Shown: in pieces, positions 61,075 through 64,000 of the stretch | Layout of the letters: each line of letters opens with the position of its first letter | Numbering within the stretch: position 1 is the first letter of the stretch | Assembly (NCBI GenBank): GCA_037447605.1 | Contig: CM074804.1 | Span: 2,914,001 to 2,978,000, forward strand | Reading direction: 5' to 3' | Length of the DNA stretch: 64,000 nucleotides | Origin: Zygnema circumcarinatum SAG 698-1b | Lineage: Eukaryota; Plantae; Zygnematophyceae | The notes under the pieces: model-generated | Databases searched by the model: none | What the model saw: the letters and a program-made list of their open reading frames with translations, nothing else | What the model was told of the DNA's origin: nothing | Made by a program: the position numbers and the translations under genes

Positions 61075-63213
61075 ATGGCGGACAGCACTGCCAAGCCCGC
61101 ACTCGTCTGCGTCACTGGAGCCTCAGGTGGCGTCACTTGGCAACCTTGCTCGAGAGGCTTCTGTGGCATGCACGCACCGATCGTTCCCTCTTCAACCTTT
61201 TCCATGGCTAAGCCTCCGTTTAACGGAACTGGATATCATGTAACTGTGCAGGATACGTCGGATCATGGGTGGTTAAGCAGCTCCTGGAGAGGGGATACAC
61301 TGTGCGGGGCACTGTGCGGGATGCGGAGAATGTAGAAAAGACAGCATGGATCAGAAAGCTTGTGAGTCATATGACTTTTGTTGGCAACATTGGAGCCCTT
61401 TTACATAACTTTGACGACGCCATTGTTCTCACTGAACGGATTCAAAAAAAAAAAAAATTGAGCAATCGAGCTATATGCCTTCCATTTAAAACAAATGCAT
61501 CTCTTTTCACATATTGTCTTTTCTGCTACGCAGGCGGAGGGTACCCCTGGCACATTAGAACTCTTTTCTGCAGATTTGATGGACAAAGGGAGCTTTGACA
61601 AGGCAGTAGAAGGCTGCGATTATGTATGTCACGTGGCAGCAGTGTTGCAACTGAAACCATCGAAAAATCCCCAAAAGGAAGTTGTGGACCCAGCAGTGGA
61701 GGGCACAAGAAATGTGCTTTCGGCTGTCTTAAAAACAAAATGTGTCAAGTAAGTATTGCTCTGCTCTTTCCTTAACCACTCACATTTTGAATCGGATACT
61801 CAAGATTGAAGCTGGGAATCTGAATGGCACTTTTCTGCTGTTCGATATCATAAAATTGTTTGTGAAAAGTTCTGCTTTTACAAAACATTATCCATAATCA
61901 TGCCAAAATCATAGAAGCAGTGATGAATCCTTGACTGCCGAATCCAATTCCTAATGGTAGAGTCTAATCCCACATTTACTATCGGCGATGCAGGCGGGTG
62001 GTAATGACTTCCAGCGTGGTAGCTTTAGGACAACAGGGTCAGGTTACGGGCCGCCCTTATAACGAGTCGGACTGGAATGTGAAAGCAACAATTGAAGATG
62101 CCTACCAACTGGGAAAAACTCTTTCAGAGAAGCTTGCATGGAAGATGTATGAGGAGCAATCAGATCCTGAATGGCGGTTTGAGCTCGTGACCATTCTCCC
62201 AAGTCTTGTACTTGGTCCCATCCATGACAAGCAGCACATAAGATCAAGCCCTACGGTAAGCAGCCTACTCCCGTTCGTTCATTTCAAGAGAAAGTCACGT
62301 AAATATCAACTTACAAAATTAATAGACGAAAAAGGGAAAATCAGTAAAGAAGACGTCCATTTGGACCTTAAAAGCATGTGTACAGCAATCGAGTTAATCT
62401 GTCTCTAGTTCGTGGTCGTTTCCCGGAGCTGGGTGATGCGATGTAACGATAAGTCGGTGGCTCCTGTAGCGTGTATACTTGTATGCCGTACTACAATCAT
62501 TCAACTTCATGCTCCAGCTTGTTGTCTTAGACACACCACACTGGGTCCCTCTACTCTATTTGTGACGTTGCCATATTGAGAATTTGCCATTTTGAATACG
62601 TCATAGAATGGGAAGGCTAATTGGCTTCTTTCTGTTTGCTCCTTTCTCCGTTTCTATGCCACAGGTCATTAAACAACTGCTAGATGGCACAATGTACCTC
62701 GCTCCCAACGCTTATTTCAACTGTGTTGATGTGCGGGAGGTGGCGGCAAGCCACATTGCAGCTCTTGAGAACACTGAGGCCAAGGGTCGCTACATAGTCA
62801 GCGCACCAGGAGCGTACCATGTCATGGAGATTGGAGGTGTGGGGGAAAAGGAGCCATTCCAGACCCTAAATGAGCGGGGTCTCCTAAGGTTGAGTTACTT
62901 GGCTTGCGTGTTATCCAATTGACATCGTTGTTTGTTCTCTTGATATGGTTCTTGTGCAGGCTTTTTGAAGGAGGAATATGGCAAGGCAAAGCTTCCTGTT
63001 GCCAAAGCTCCCAATTTTATGATGTATACGATAGCAGCGCTTGGGCATCCTCAGCTTACAATTCGGAATCTGAAGCGCCACTTCCTTCAACCACCAAAGG
63101 AGATCGACGGTTCAAAGGTCGAGAGGGAGCTCGGCATTCACTACAGAGATTTGAAGCAGTCGGCGAACGACACTGCAAAGTCCATTGTGGAATTTGGAAT
63201 CGTCAAACTTTAG
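61075..63213 (+). CDS. NAD(P)-dependent reductase, cinnamoyl-CoA reductase / dihydroflavonol reductase-like SDR; 6 exons
   Basis: [108 protein letters not shown]; GT-AG introns. Confidence 0.9.
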
Positions 63214-63510
63214 GGGTTCACAAAGCAAATCAATGGCTTGACTGCAGAAGAACCCTGAGTCTGGTCCTGCAGGAGTAGTTATGCTTGAGGGGCAAGAGAA
63301 GGTCTTCATGAGGAAAGACCCTTCTTCTTGAGTAATGGTGTCTTTTGCATTTACAGAAATTTGTGGCCTTAAAGGCGTCCTACTTTGATAAAGCTCATGC
63401 ATTATAGAAGTGGTCTTTGATCAGACGAAATTATGTGGATTAGCATCATAAGTTCGGGAACCGTGAAGTACCTTACGACACATAATTATCTCACTAATTA
63501 CTCCTTGACC

Positions 63511-63628
63511 TATTTTTTACTCTCCACTATGGGGCTCTATACACACGGTAGTTGTCCCTATACCGCCGCTATTTTTTACTCCCCACTATGGGGCTCTGTA
63601 GACACGGTAGTTGTCCCTATATCGCCGT
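63511..63628. repeat. Two-copy tandem duplication of about 59 bp
   Basis: TATTTTTTACTCTCCACTATGGGGCTCTATACACACGGTAGTTGTCCCTATACCGCCG is repeated with a few substitutions. Confidence 0.8.
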
Positions 63629-64000
63629 TATGTCAATAATGATCAAACACTTTTTAAGTTAAGATTGCCATTTCTTCGTTGCGACTCGATATCTTGTCAA
63701 ATACTATTTGTGGTCCTTTCAAACACTCATCCTCTACCTTCATTTTCATTTCGGCTCCATCGCCTCCCGCTCAAGTGGAGATAGAGGAGTCCCCTTGCCG
63801 GACCACAAGCCTCACTCTCCAAGCCAATGAACTACACACGTTGCCTTGACATGCCCCATGTCCCCAATGGCAAGCTTGAGTTAGGATCAGAGCACATGTG
63901 TCGTATCCTCGCACTGTCCCAAAGGCATGAACCCTAGTTTGAACCTCGGTCATGAGATTCCTCTTCAGCAACCGACAAGGTCAGCGAGAATGCGCATTCT

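Overview
Eukaryotic, intron-rich nuclear DNA from a green plant (streptophyte: RER4, LTO1/VKOR, DUF177B, FAF and steroleosin-type HSD homologues; probably a non-seed plant or streptophyte alga, species not determinable). Gene islands at about 0-29 kb and 47-63 kb flank a gene-free, gap-ridden transposon nest (about 29.8-46.5 kb) with a large inverted-repeat architecture. Genes reconstructed by hand from GT-AG/phase-consistent exons: two convergent ferroportins, COX10, an 11-beta-HSD-like SDR, a sterol desaturase/fatty-acid hydroxylase, an Rdx (SelW/SelT/SelH-fold) gene, a FAF-domain gene, tRNA-Lys(CUU), LTO1, DUF177B, TMEM208, CGI121, RER4 and a CCR/DFR-like reductase. Most short ORFs in the track are spurious. 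Top lead: the Rdx gene lacks the canonical CxxC/CxxU motif, has one in-frame TGA in its first exon and has a well-formed type II SECIS-like hairpin about 80 nt after its stop codon, so it may be a selenoprotein with an unusual Sec position. Several non-autonomous hAT, Tc1/mariner and Harbinger-like elements show clear TIRs and TSDs, including nesting and re-insertion next to excision footprints.
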